A stretch of DNA of 64,000 nucleotides from a bacterium. Its GTDB lineage: Bacteria > Bdellovibrionota_C > UBA2361 > CALJRW01. Each line of letters starts with the position of its first letter. Positions within the stretch are counted from its first letter, which is position 1. Location of the stretch: the NCBI GenBank assembly GCA_031385045.1, contig JANNBC010000025.1, forward strand, positions 32,001 to 96,000. Reading direction: 5' to 3'. The translations under genes and the position numbers were made by a program. The notes beneath the pieces are model-generated. The model ran no database searches. It worked only from the letters and a program-made list of their open reading frames with translations, and was not told where the DNA came from. Positions 1-9,109 of this stretch are shown in pieces.

Positions 1-1744
1 TTGGTGGCCCATAGTAAACAACTTCGCCACCTAATTTCCCTGCTTTCGGGCCAAGGTGTAGGATTTGATCTGCTGCTAAGATACAATCGGGATCATGCTC
101 AACCATTAGGATACTATTTCCACGATTTTTTAATTCTTTTATTGCTTGCATTAAGCGTTCTGAATCCCGTGGGTGAAGGCCAACAGAGGGCTCATCTAAA
201 ACAAATTGGGTGGAAACTAATTCGCTACCAATTGCCGATACTAGATTGACTCGCTGAGTTTCTCCGCCTGATAAGGTCTTTGCTGGGCGGCTTAAGCTTA
301 GGTAATCTAGCCCCAGATTGATCATCTGTTTAATCCTAGCAGTGCTTTGTTGAAAAACTGTTTCTAGTTCGAGAGATTTTGATTTGTTAACTAGTGGTTT
401 TAAACCAGCAATCCAATCTCCTAATTCGTTAATTGGTAGTTCACGGACTTCTGAGACATTCTGATTATTTAATCGAAACAGTAAGGCTTCAGACTTATTG
501 CCACTTCCTTGGCAATCATCACAAATTACTGGAGAGCGGTATTTAGTAAGGTAGATTCGCACATAAGCTTTATAGGATTTACGCTCAATCTTTTTAAACC
601 AGGGATTAAGTCCTAAATAACCTTTGCCTTCGTAATTAAAAATTAAATCTTTTTCCTCAGTAGATAACTTACTCCAAGGAAGATTGATTTTAATCTTATG
701 ATCGGAGGCAAACTTAATTAACTTTTCTTTTAAATTCTGAACGGCTGGTCCTTTCCAACAATCGACGGCATTTTCAATTAATGATAACTCTGGATCGATA
801 ATAATCTTTTTTGAATCCGGAATTAAATTAGCACCAAAACCTTTACAGTGTGGGCATGCTCCCAGTGGATTATTAGGGGAAAAAAGCCCAGGTTTGGGAA
901 TTGGGATTTTAATTTCTAAATTATCTTGAGCTGGATCCGAATAGAAAGAAGTAAAACGCTTAAAATTAATCTGTTCATTTTCTGGAATTGCTAGATAAGC
1001 AATTCCTTTTCCCAATTGATATGCCTGTTCAACTGCCTCAATTAAACGATGAGTTTTGCTTTGATTTGGTTTTAAGCGATCGATTAAAATATAAATTAAA
1101 TCTTGATTGGCAAGTTGATTCAAATCTTCTGCTAATTTATACACATTAGCCGAATTGGGAATTAAAAAACGATTGTAACCCATCAGTTGTAAATTGTTTA
1201 CTTGTTCCGCCAAGTCTTTTTTGGAAACTTTTTTGGCAGAGGATTTTTTCTTTGTTGTTAACTGGCAGGGAGCACAGATATATAAATAATCTGTTGCCAA
1301 GTTTAATCCTGAGATTAGTTCTGCGACTTCATTTGGTGAATGCTTTTGTAGAAGTTGTTGGTTAATTGGGGAATAGGGTAGTGCAAAATTGGCGAATAGA
1401 ATTCCAAGATAGTCATTTAGATCCGTTAAAGTTCCTACTGAAGATCGACTAGAATGGATTTTATTTTTTTGTTCAATAGCAATTGCTGGGCGAACATTCT
1501 CACTACTTTCTAAGTCCGGTTTTTTAACTTTGTCTAAGAATTGACGAACATATGAGGAAAACGTTTCTAAATAACGTCTTTGACCCTCGGCATAGATCGT
1601 ATCAAAAGCTAAGGTTGATTTTCCCGAACCGGAGAGTCCTGTAACAGCAATTAACTGATCATGTGGAAGGGTAATACTTAAATCTTTTAAGTTATTTTCT
1701 TTGAGTCCAGTGAGTGATAAATGAAAATGTTTTTGTTCTGACAA
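1..1744 (-). CDS. uvrA: Excinuclease ABC subunit A, N-terminal part, runs off the window start (not in ORF track)
   Basis: Manual translation from TTG at 1744: ...LKENNLKDLSITLPHDQLIAVTGLSGSGKSTLAFDTIYAEGQRRYLETFSSYVRQFL; later VEHD...GGEVVYYGPP in the same frame near base 1. Confidence 0.95.
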   Translation of the reverse strand, partial: MSEQKHFHLSLTGLKENNLKDLSITLPHDQLIAVTGLSGSGKSTLAFDTIYAEGQRRYLETFSSYVRQFLDKVKKPDLESSENVRPAIAIEQKNKIHSSRSSVGTLTDLNDYLGILFANFALPYSPINQQLLQKHSPNEVAELISGLNLATDYLYICAPCQLTTKKKSSAKKVSKKDLAEQVNNLQLMGYNRFLIPNSANVYKLAEDLNQLANQDLIYILIDRLKPNQSKTHRLIEAVEQAYQLGKGIAYLAIPENEQINFKRFTSFYSDPAQDNLEIKIPIPKPGLFSPNNPLGACPHCKGFGANLIPDSKKIIIDPELSLIENAVDCWKGPAVQNLKEKLIKFASDHKIKINLPWSKLSTEEKDLIFNYEGKGYLGLNPWFKKIERKSYKAYVRIYLTKYRSPVICDDCQGSGNKSEALLFRLNNQNVSEVRELPINELGDWIAGLKPLVNKSKSLELETVFQQSTARIKQMINLGLDYLSLSRPAKTLSGGETQRVNLVSAIGSELVSTQFVLDEPSVGLHPRDSERLMQAIKELKNRGNSILMVEHDPDCILAADQILHLGPKAGKLGGEVVYYGPP

Positions 1745-1774
1745 GGTAATTCGATCTTAGAAAGTTATCTTTGC

Positions 1775-2740
1775 TTATTCTATTGTTTGATTTAAAGCAT
1801 ACGCGGAAAAGGCTGAACCGTAAAATGTAGACTGATCAAATAAAATCTTTTTGCTATTTGTCGCAGTGTCATGGATGGATGTCTTCCATCTCCAGATATA
1901 ATCTTTCTCCATGTGTTTAGCGGAAAGTTCTATCACTAATTTTTGTGAGACGTTAACGTCGATGCCATTTTCAAATGGAAAGAAGACACTGCCGTATACT
2001 TGGTTTTTAGCATCTGGCCCACAGGAATAGGAAACTGTTGAAGTTAGTTCACAGTCAAACCAAGCAAAAAACCCAAATAATGTTTCGTTTGAGCCAGTGA
2101 AGCTTACAGTTGAACGATGAGAATAGTCTTGGATCTTTGTATAATCGAGCTGACACCAGAGGCTTGGTTTTGCTGAAAGCATTTCCTGCTTGATTGGTAA
2201 GGGGTAGAAGGTATTGCAGAGATATTTTTCGTAGGCCTTGGTCGTAAATGGAAATTTTTGGTTTAAAAACGGTCTAACTTTCTGATTGAAAATATTTTTA
2301 TCGCGACAAGGAGCCAAGTAGATCTTATCAATACTTGGTAGAAGTTTACCTGTTGGTTTTAAGAATTTCTCTTGTGCTAATTTCATGATCTTTAAATTAT
2401 CTTCGTAGAAGGGAAGTTTTCCTCTTAAGTCGGCAATAATCAGATCAACTTGCGAAAAATTTAAATTCTCAATTTTTTCTTCATAGAATTCCACTCGGTC
2501 CTCAAATTTATTTTCTTTCACGAGCTCTCGAGCGATTTGAATCGCAGGGTTAGGTTCGACAGCGATTACTTTTTTAGCTCCGAGAGAACATGCCAGGAGC
2601 GTAAAGCCTCCAGTGCCTGCGCCTAAGTCTAGGACAATAGTTTCTGGTGTAATAATTTCCGCTAATGCTTTAGCATAAGCCGGAACTCTTACTGGGTCAG
2701 CTAACATTTGAGAGAAGTGGCGAGGACTATAAGTATTCAT
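1775..2740 (-). CDS. Class I SAM-dependent methyltransferase, PRMT (protein arginine methyltransferase)-like fold
   Basis: QMLADPVRVPAY, VLDLGAGTG, VIAVE, VDLIIADLRG..FYE, LKPTGKLLP and WFD align with the PRMT N-terminal helix, motifs I/post-I/II/III and the beta-barrel. Confidence 0.8.
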   Translation of the reverse strand: MNTYSPRHFSQMLADPVRVPAYAKALAEIITPETIVLDLGAGTGGFTLLACSLGAKKVIAVEPNPAIQIARELVKENKFEDRVEFYEEKIENLNFSQVDLIIADLRGKLPFYEDNLKIMKLAQEKFLKPTGKLLPSIDKIYLAPCRDKNIFNQKVRPFLNQKFPFTTKAYEKYLCNTFYPLPIKQEMLSAKPSLWCQLDYTKIQDYSHRSTVSFTGSNETLFGFFAWFDCELTSTVSYSCGPDAKNQVYGSVFFPFENGIDVNVSQKLVIELSAKHMEKDYIWRWKTSIHDTATNSKKILFDQSTFYGSAFSAYALNQTIE

Positions 2741-2845
2741 TAGATAGATTATTACTGGTGATCTTTTGAAGGATCAACTGCTAGTCTAGGTTATTAATCA
2801 GATAATGAGAACTAAATTTAGAGTAAGAGAGGATTGGAACAAATA

Positions 2846-2986
2846 CTATGTTTGCATACCAAAAAAATCAGCTGACATTGAGCCACCAAATTTAGTTAAC
2901 TCTTTAAGCGAGCCATATTTAATTAGTTTAGGCTTTTGATAAGTTTTTTTTTCTTTTTTAGTATCTGGGGTTTTCTTATCTTCCAT
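2846..2986 (-). CDS. RiPP precursor peptide with lasso-type leader, 46 aa: MEDKKTPDTKKEKKTYQKPKLIKYGSLKELTK-FGGSMSADFFGMQT (not in ORF track)
   Basis: ATG at 2986, TAG at 2846-2848; YxxPxLxxxGxxxxxT leader motif; directly downstream of the PqqD/RRE gene. Confidence 0.88.
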   Translation of the reverse strand: MEDKKTPDTKKEKKTYQKPKLIKYGSLKELTKFGGSMSADFFGMQT

Positions 2987-2993
2987 AGGTTAC

Positions 2994-2999
2994 ATTATA
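2994..2999 (-). promoter_or_regulatory. Putative -10 box (TATAAT) 7 nt upstream of the precursor ATG, leaderless-type promoter
   Basis: Minus strand reads TATAAT-GTAACCT-ATG with no Shine-Dalgarno. Confidence 0.45.
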
Positions 3000-3026
3000 A
3001 TTTAAAATTTAAGTTATGTGAAGCAA

Positions 3027-3311
3027 TTAAATGAGAGTAATAACCTCGGCTTCCAGTAGGCCTTGAATCAGGTTAATTAAGTCTTGCTGTAAATCTGCTT
3101 CATTAACCTCGTAATCTTCCGCTAGTAATTTAGATGCTTCTAGGATAGAGGAGGACTCTACTAGCCTCATGTAAAAAGCATAGCCGGTGGAATCTAGGCC
3201 ATAGTAGTTGTTATTCTTCAAATTTAGCAACACGCAGGTATCATCAAGTTGTTTAACTAGGACATCGTCTTGAGCTACAACTTGACTTTGTAGATTGATA
3301 TTCACAGCCAT
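3027..3311 (-). CDS. PqqD-family RiPP recognition element (lasso B1-like)
   Basis: 94 aa, VLVKQLDDTCVLLNLKNNNYYGLDSTG...LAEDYEV...LQQDL...L..AEVI, the typical stand-alone PqqD/RRE pattern. Confidence 0.88.
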   Translation of the reverse strand: MAVNINLQSQVVAQDDVLVKQLDDTCVLLNLKNNNYYGLDSTGYAFYMRLVESSSILEASKLLAEDYEVNEADLQQDLINLIQGLLEAEVITLI

Positions 3312-3316
3312 TTAAA

Positions 3317-4102
3317 TTACTCTAAAGTGTATTTCTCTAGAGAAATATCAATTCCACCTTCGGAGATGTACTTGGCAATGATATTAGCATTAAAGCAACC
3401 AGGGAATTCCGGACAAAGTACAACTGTGAAACTAGAATCTTCTTTAATATCTTCTTTTTTAATTGTTTTGGTAAAGATAATTTCCTCAGGATTTCCTTTT
3501 TTGAAAACCTTTAAAAGTAAGCTTTGATAATCTGTTTCTTCAGTAGAAAAACTACAAAACAATTGACCACTTTGCGGGGCAAATAAAACCTGATCTGATC
3601 CGGCTTGGTACGCTGGTATATTCTTGCCTTTAAGTTCGCAGTTACCAGAAAATAGACCTGTCACAATATTTGTTTCTTCGTAAGTTGGAGGTAGCACAAG
3701 ATCAACTGGTAATGGCTCAGTTGGTAAATTAGCCTCAGAGGCAAATGTTAATGTCGCATTTAAGCAGTCCTGAATCCCATCACGAATTAATTGCTTGGTG
3801 GCTATTTGGGATTCCATTTTCCGCTTAAGTTTATTACTAGACTCTTTTTTTAGGTCAGCTTTTAGAAGTTTGATTTCTTTTACTACCTGTTTTCGAAGTT
3901 TTAGGGCTTGGCGGTCAGTAAACTCCCGGACATTTTTTTCCAGTCCATCCTGTGTAAAAGTTTTAATCAAGACAGAATTGCTATTTTCTTTGCAAAAATA
4001 AGACTTAGTTTTACTAATTATTGCAATTCTTTGATCTTCAGCCTGGGCACTTAGACTTAACAAAAGGACTAATGGTAATATGTATTTTAGTTTTATGTTC
4101 AC
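3317..4102 (-). CDS. Hypothetical secreted protein
   Basis: Signal peptide ending SAQA, basic coiled-coil segment, several Cys; ends 5 nt before the RRE gene. Confidence 0.7.
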   Translation of the reverse strand: MNIKLKYILPLVLLLSLSAQAEDQRIAIISKTKSYFCKENSNSVLIKTFTQDGLEKNVREFTDRQALKLRKQVVKEIKLLKADLKKESSNKLKRKMESQIATKQLIRDGIQDCLNATLTFASEANLPTEPLPVDLVLPPTYEETNIVTGLFSGNCELKGKNIPAYQAGSDQVLFAPQSGQLFCSFSTEETDYQSLLLKVFKKGNPEEIIFTKTIKKEDIKEDSSFTVVLCPEFPGCFNANIIAKYISEGGIDISLEKYTLE

Positions 4103-4251
4103 TTTCTTTTGATTATAGCCTACTAATTGAGTTTCTTAAATAATCTTTTTTGATTGTTAGAACCTTAATTTAAGGTGTATAATAAGATTATTAAGTTCAT
4201 TTCGGTTTATTAAAGTATTACTTTAATTCTGCCGAAAGTCATTACTATATA

Positions 4252-7200
4252 ATGTCTCATAAGTCGTTTCTCGCTCTTTTTTTATTTTTCCTAGCTAATC
4301 TGCTGGAAGCTCAGGCTCCAGGGAACGTTACAGCTAACTTTCCGCTTTGGTTAAAGGCTAATGCTGGGACGTCTACCACAACAGATGGTGTGGGTGTTCA
4401 GACATGGACGGATCAGGCAACAGCATTGGGAGGAAGTAATAATGCTACTCAAGCTACAGCAGCCAATCGACCACTCTATAAAAGTCTTACTCCAATTAAT
4501 TTTAATCCTTACATTCGTTTTGATGGAGTTAGTGATCGCTTTCAGATTGCCTCCAATACTAGCATTAATAACGTAGCCAGTCTTACTAAGTCTGTATATT
4601 ATGCCTTTCGAACTGGTAGTAGCGTGATTTCTCCTGTCAGGCAGTTAATTTATAAAGAACGAAATCATCAGTCGGGTTTTAACTTATACCTATATAACGG
4701 GAATCTTTACTGTTCAGCTTTTAAAACAAATACAGCACCAACATGGCCATGGAAGGGGAATAGTGTTGCCGCCACGCCTAACACTACTTATGTTGTAAGT
4801 TTTATTATGAATGGGACTGCAGCTAATGCTGGAACGATTGCTTGCTATGTTAATAGTTCTCAGTTTGCGAATCTTACAGGTGTTGGTCAAATTCAAGCTG
4901 TAAATGCCATTAGTAATATAGGTTCTAGAGAATTACGAACGAACTATGAAGGTGTTCAGGTTGCAAATGCTAATGCTGATTTTTCCGCCGTCGATTTTAG
5001 CGAAATTGCTTATTATAATGCTGCTCATACAACGGCAGAGCGCAATAAAATTGAGTCCTATCTGGGGGTAAAGTATGGAGTAACTCTTAATCAAACTGTT
5101 GCTAATAATTACACCAACAGTGCTGGAACTGTAATTTTTAATGCTACAGGTACGCATAATTCTTATCGCAATGATATTGCCGGTATTATGATTGATACAA
5201 ATTCTGGCCTTAGTCAATTACAGTCGAAATCTGTCAATACTGATGCAATCGTAACAATGTCCACAGCTTCTGCCATGGCGAATACTGAATCACTGCTCTG
5301 GGGGAATGACAACGACGATAATGGTGTGATTCAGGAAATCTATACGGGGATTCCTGCTGGCGTTGCCGCTAGATTAGATCGAGTTTGGAGAGCCGATCAA
5401 ACTGGTGATGTTGGGACTGTTACGATCACTTTTAACTTAAATGGCATTGCAGTGTCTGGAACCTCTGCCAGTCAATTTCGTTTGCTGGTTGATTCGGTTA
5501 ATAGTGATTTTACATCAGGTGCTACCCAAGTAAATGCTGCCACATATTCTGGTGGAATTGTAACTTTTAATAATGTTGATTTTACTGGGGATGATTATTT
5601 TACATTAGTAACTTATGTCACACCTAGTCCTCCTACCGTTACGTTAACTACTAATTCTAGTACTATTTTGGAAAATGGTGGGGTGGCAACTCTGACAGCA
5701 ACCCTAAGTAATATTTGGACATCCGCCGTAACTGTTAATTTAAGTTATAGTGGAACAGCTACAAACGTGACTGATTATTCTAGATCAGGAGCATCTATTA
5801 CAATCCCTATTAATTCCTTAAGTGGTTCAGTTACGCTTACGGCAATTGATGATGCTTTTAGTGAAGGAGCGGAAACTGTCATTACCGATATTAGTTCGGT
5901 TTCTGGAGGTGGTACGGAGAGCGGGGTGCAACAAGTTACAGTCACTATTACTGATGATGAGCCTGTTAATAATGCTTGCAGTGGTCAGGAGCGTATATTC
6001 ACTACGGAATTAGCAAGTGGTGATGTTAATACTTATAGTATTGCTGGGGTTTATCAAGCAACCTCAACCTCAGCCTATACTCAAAACTATGAAATGATAA
6101 TCGATCCAGATAATAATTATCGTTATCTAGCATCCTATGGCAACCTTCGAATTACTAGAGCTAACTTTGATGGAACAGGGGAGATAACTCTTTTTAATAC
6201 ATCTCTGTATTCAGCAAATCCTCCTTTTCAAGTTACAATTAATCCAAACCAAGGCAAAATTTATTGGACAGATTGGGCAGCAAATACAGCTAACATTTTT
6301 TGTGCCAATCTTGATGGTACGGGAACACCAGTTGCCATCGCTACGGGATTAAATTACCCGACTGGTATGCAGATCGATAAAAACACAGGGCGTTTATATG
6401 TTTACTTTGGTCTTAATGCGCCTATTACCTTAACTACAGCTCTGACTAACGGAAGTTGTGGTGCAATTACTTTAGCAACACTTTTAAATACGGGACTAGA
6501 CTTAGCTTATAATTTAACAATCGATCCTCCAGGAAATCGACTTTTCTTTGTAGATTACAACTCACAAACGATCAAAAAGGTTAATACAGATGGTACTTCT
6601 TTAGTTACTCTCCGAACTTTAACTGCTCCTGGGGACCAGATGCGGGATATCGTTTATAATAAGAATACTAATAACCTTTACTGGGTTCACACTAATGGTG
6701 TGATTCAGCGAGCCTTGGCCGATGGAACTGGTGGGATTACAACTGTTGTTGCCAGTGGTCAGCCTGATAGTCGTTCGATTGATATTTGTGTTGATGATGC
6801 TGCTCCACGTCTAAGTCGTTTTTATAGTACTTCAGCTAACAGTCGCTATTGTCCGATTGTTCCAATTAATAGCATTGATATTCGTGCGGTTTATGATGAA
6901 TCGGTTGTTGCAGGTTCGACGATCACGGTGCAATTAAACAATGGGGCGAATGTCGTTTTGAGTTCAATCACAGGGAATGAAATATCTGGAACTTATACTG
7001 TCGGTGCTACTGGTAGTGGTCAAACAATTGCTGATTTATCTGTTGCCAGTATTGTTAGTGAGTCTGTTTTAGATGTTAATAATAATACGCGAGTTAATTC
7101 TACAGTTCCAGCTAGTCCAAATAACTTAGGAGATTCTTCCAATATTGTTGTTGATACTTCTGCTCCTGTGATTACAGAAGTAACGCCCGTAGCTTCTCCA

Positions 7201-8898
7201 ACAATAAATCGTAATCCAACATATGTTATTAACTCTAGTGAGGTGGCAACAATTTCCTTTGGTGGTTCATGTAATAGTGTTACCACTAGTTTAGTAGCGG
7301 GGAATAACACAATTACTTTGGATTCTAATGGCGCGGGAGGACAGTTAGCTGATGGGGTTTACAGTAACTGTACGATAACAGTGACCGATGCTTCTGCTTG
7401 TAATACTACGAATTATAATATTTCTGCTTTTACAGTGGCAGCGACAGTTCCAACTGTCACTCTTAGTCGAAATTTTGCAACGATTAATGAAGCTGCTGGA
7501 GTAGCAACTTTTACAGCCACCTTGATTAATACCTATGCCTTAGCAACGACTGTTAATCTTAGTTTTAGTGGAACAGCAGGCGGTAGTGATTATTCTGCTT
7601 CTAATACTCAGATTGTGATTCCAGCACTTAGTACTACTGGGACGATTACAGTTACAGCAACTGAGGATCTTTTGGTTGAAAGTACTGAAACAGTCATCGT
7701 TGATATCTCAACAGTTACAAATGGAACTGAAAGTGGTGTGCAACAGGCTTCAACTTCAATCTTAGATAATGATTCTCCATCTTCTGTAACACTTTCAACA
7801 AACCTCAGTAGTATCTCAGAAGCTGGCGGAGTAGCAATTTTAACCGCGACACTAAATACTCTTAGTGCATTAAATGTAACAGCAAATTTAACCTACACGG
7901 GAACGGCAGCTAATGGCACTGATTATACAGCCGCGACTAGTATCGTAATTACGGCAGGTAGTCTTTCCGCTAGTATTAATTTAACCGGACTAGAAGATGC
8001 TACTTTTGAAGTCACAGAAACAGCTATCGTTGATATTAGTAGTGTTACTAATGGTACAGAAGCTGGTGTTCAGCAAGTAACAGTGAGTATTACAGAGGAT
8101 GCTGTTTGTAATCAGCCTGCTTGGCCGGCTCCTCATGGATTAACCAAATATATTGCCATGAGTTTTGAGCGAACTTTTGCTTCCACTAATGGATATGTGC
8201 CGCCAAGTGGTGATGCTTTTGATACTTACCTTGCTCGAAACCAAACTCAAAAAGATGCTAAGCGTGATAGTGCCTATGCCTTTTTCTTAAGCGAGTATGG
8301 ACTTGATTTTGCAAATGATGGAATTTCTTGCCCAGGGGGAATTTGTATTATGAATGGGCCTGATGCTCAAGTCATGCTTCGTTACATAAGTTTTGATAGT
8401 AATTTTCAAGCTAAGATTAATGCTGCAAGTAGTTACAAAGTTGATACTTCTGGTGGTGATTTAAGAGCTGGTATTTATCAGGTACTTACTTTTGATACTG
8501 AAAATATGTCTGGCAATGATGGTACAATTTTAAATGGTGCTTGGGGTGGAGGCCCCGGTAAACTAGTTCCTCGTGGTACAGTTTTAGAGTACGGTGAATA
8601 TCAACTCCAAATTTTATATCCTTGCACAGATGCCCCTAATCCAAACTTTACTAGAACCGATACCTTTTTAGTTGAATTTCAAAGTCAGAAACCAAGTTTA
8701 GCTGATTTTAATGAGGATAACGGAGCTTTCTTTCTTGATATTCCACAAATTTTTGAATATGAAATTACAAATGTAACTCCTAATTTTCCTACAGGATTTG
8801 TGAATGGTGAGATAATTGGTCGGACTGAGATTAGGCAAGATCCTGCTAGTCCTTATAACGTTACCGCTATTTCTAGTGTTACTTTGACAGTTCCTTAG
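4252..8898 (+). CDS. Large secreted/surface protein: LamG-like domain, three Calx-beta-like repeats, YWTD-like beta-propeller, Ig-like segments, unknown C-terminal domain
   Basis: Signal peptide; LWLKA...WTDQ and KIESYLGVKYG (LamG-associated); repeated TVTL...I.E.GGVAT.TATL...V.L..SGTA...DY...E..ETVI.DI; IYWTD/LFFVD/LYWVH propeller blades. Confidence 0.85.
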   Translation: MSHKSFLALFLFFLANLLEAQAPGNVTANFPLWLKANAGTSTTTDGVGVQTWTDQATALGGSNNATQATAANRPLYKSLTPINFNPYIRFDGVSDRFQIASNTSINNVASLTKSVYYAFRTGSSVISPVRQLIYKERNHQSGFNLYLYNGNLYCSAFKTNTAPTWPWKGNSVAATPNTTYVVSFIMNGTAANAGTIACYVNSSQFANLTGVGQIQAVNAISNIGSRELRTNYEGVQVANANADFSAVDFSEIAYYNAAHTTAERNKIESYLGVKYGVTLNQTVANNYTNSAGTVIFNATGTHNSYRNDIAGIMIDTNSGLSQLQSKSVNTDAIVTMSTASAMANTESLLWGNDNDDNGVIQEIYTGIPAGVAARLDRVWRADQTGDVGTVTITFNLNGIAVSGTSASQFRLLVDSVNSDFTSGATQVNAATYSGGIVTFNNVDFTGDDYFTLVTYVTPSPPTVTLTTNSSTILENGGVATLTATLSNIWTSAVTVNLSYSGTATNVTDYSRSGASITIPINSLSGSVTLTAIDDAFSEGAETVITDISSVSGGGTESGVQQVTVTITDDEPVNNACSGQERIFTTELASGDVNTYSIAGVYQATSTSAYTQNYEMIIDPDNNYRYLASYGNLRITRANFDGTGEITLFNTSLYSANPPFQVTINPNQGKIYWTDWAANTANIFCANLDGTGTPVAIATGLNYPTGMQIDKNTGRLYVYFGLNAPITLTTALTNGSCGAITLATLLNTGLDLAYNLTIDPPGNRLFFVDYNSQTIKKVNTDGTSLVTLRTLTAPGDQMRDIVYNKNTNNLYWVHTNGVIQRALADGTGGITTVVASGQPDSRSIDICVDDAAPRLSRFYSTSANSRYCPIVPINSIDIRAVYDESVVAGSTITVQLNNGANVVLSSITGNEISGTYTVGATGSGQTIADLSVASIVSESVLDVNNNTRVNSTVPASPNNLGDSSNIVVDTSAPVITEVTPVASPTINRNPTYVINSSEVATISFGGSCNSVTTSLVAGNNTITLDSNGAGGQLADGVYSNCTITVTDASACNTTNYNISAFTVAATVPTVTLSRNFATINEAAGVATFTATLINTYALATTVNLSFSGTAGGSDYSASNTQIVIPALSTTGTITVTATEDLLVESTETVIVDISTVTNGTESGVQQASTSILDNDSPSSVTLSTNLSSISEAGGVAILTATLNTLSALNVTANLTYTGTAANGTDYTAATSIVITAGSLSASINLTGLEDATFEVTETAIVDISSVTNGTEAGVQQVTVSITEDAVCNQPAWPAPHGLTKYIAMSFERTFASTNGYVPPSGDAFDTYLARNQTQKDAKRDSAYAFFLSEYGLDFANDGISCPGGICIMNGPDAQVMLRYISFDSNFQAKINAASSYKVDTSGGDLRAGIYQVLTFDTENMSGNDGTILNGAWGGGPGKLVPRGTVLEYGEYQLQILYPCTDAPNPNFTRTDTFLVEFQSQKPSLADFNEDNGAFFLDIPQIFEYEITNVTPNFPTGFVNGEIIGRTEIRQDPASPYNVTAISSVTLTVP

Positions 8899-8998
8899 TT
8901 AAAGTGGAATAGTTTTCAGAAATTATATAAAGTATTAGTTTTGTTTATACACTGCGTGTATTGTTTTTTTGGTATTGAGTACCGAGGCATTTTTAGTA

Positions 8999-9057
8999 AT
9001 CCGCCGTCGCTGGAAGATCTTTAGGGAATATAAGATATTTTTGAGGCTATGGCGGAT
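8999..9057 (+). repeat. Imperfect long hairpin between the surface-protein gene and menB
   Basis: atccgccgtcgc (8999-9010) pairs with gctatggcggat (9046-9057). Confidence 0.4.
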
Positions 9058-9109
9058 AAAGTGTTAGTTTTTTTTGTACGCTTTGCGTACTATTTTTTTG
9101 GTACACTTT

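Noticed and set aside
1..249. 82-aa + strand ORF
   Set aside because: Antisense shadow of uvrA
3027..3311. PqqD as part of PQQ biosynthesis
   Set aside because: No pqqB/C/E nearby, and the adjacent peptide lacks the PqqA ExxxY motif
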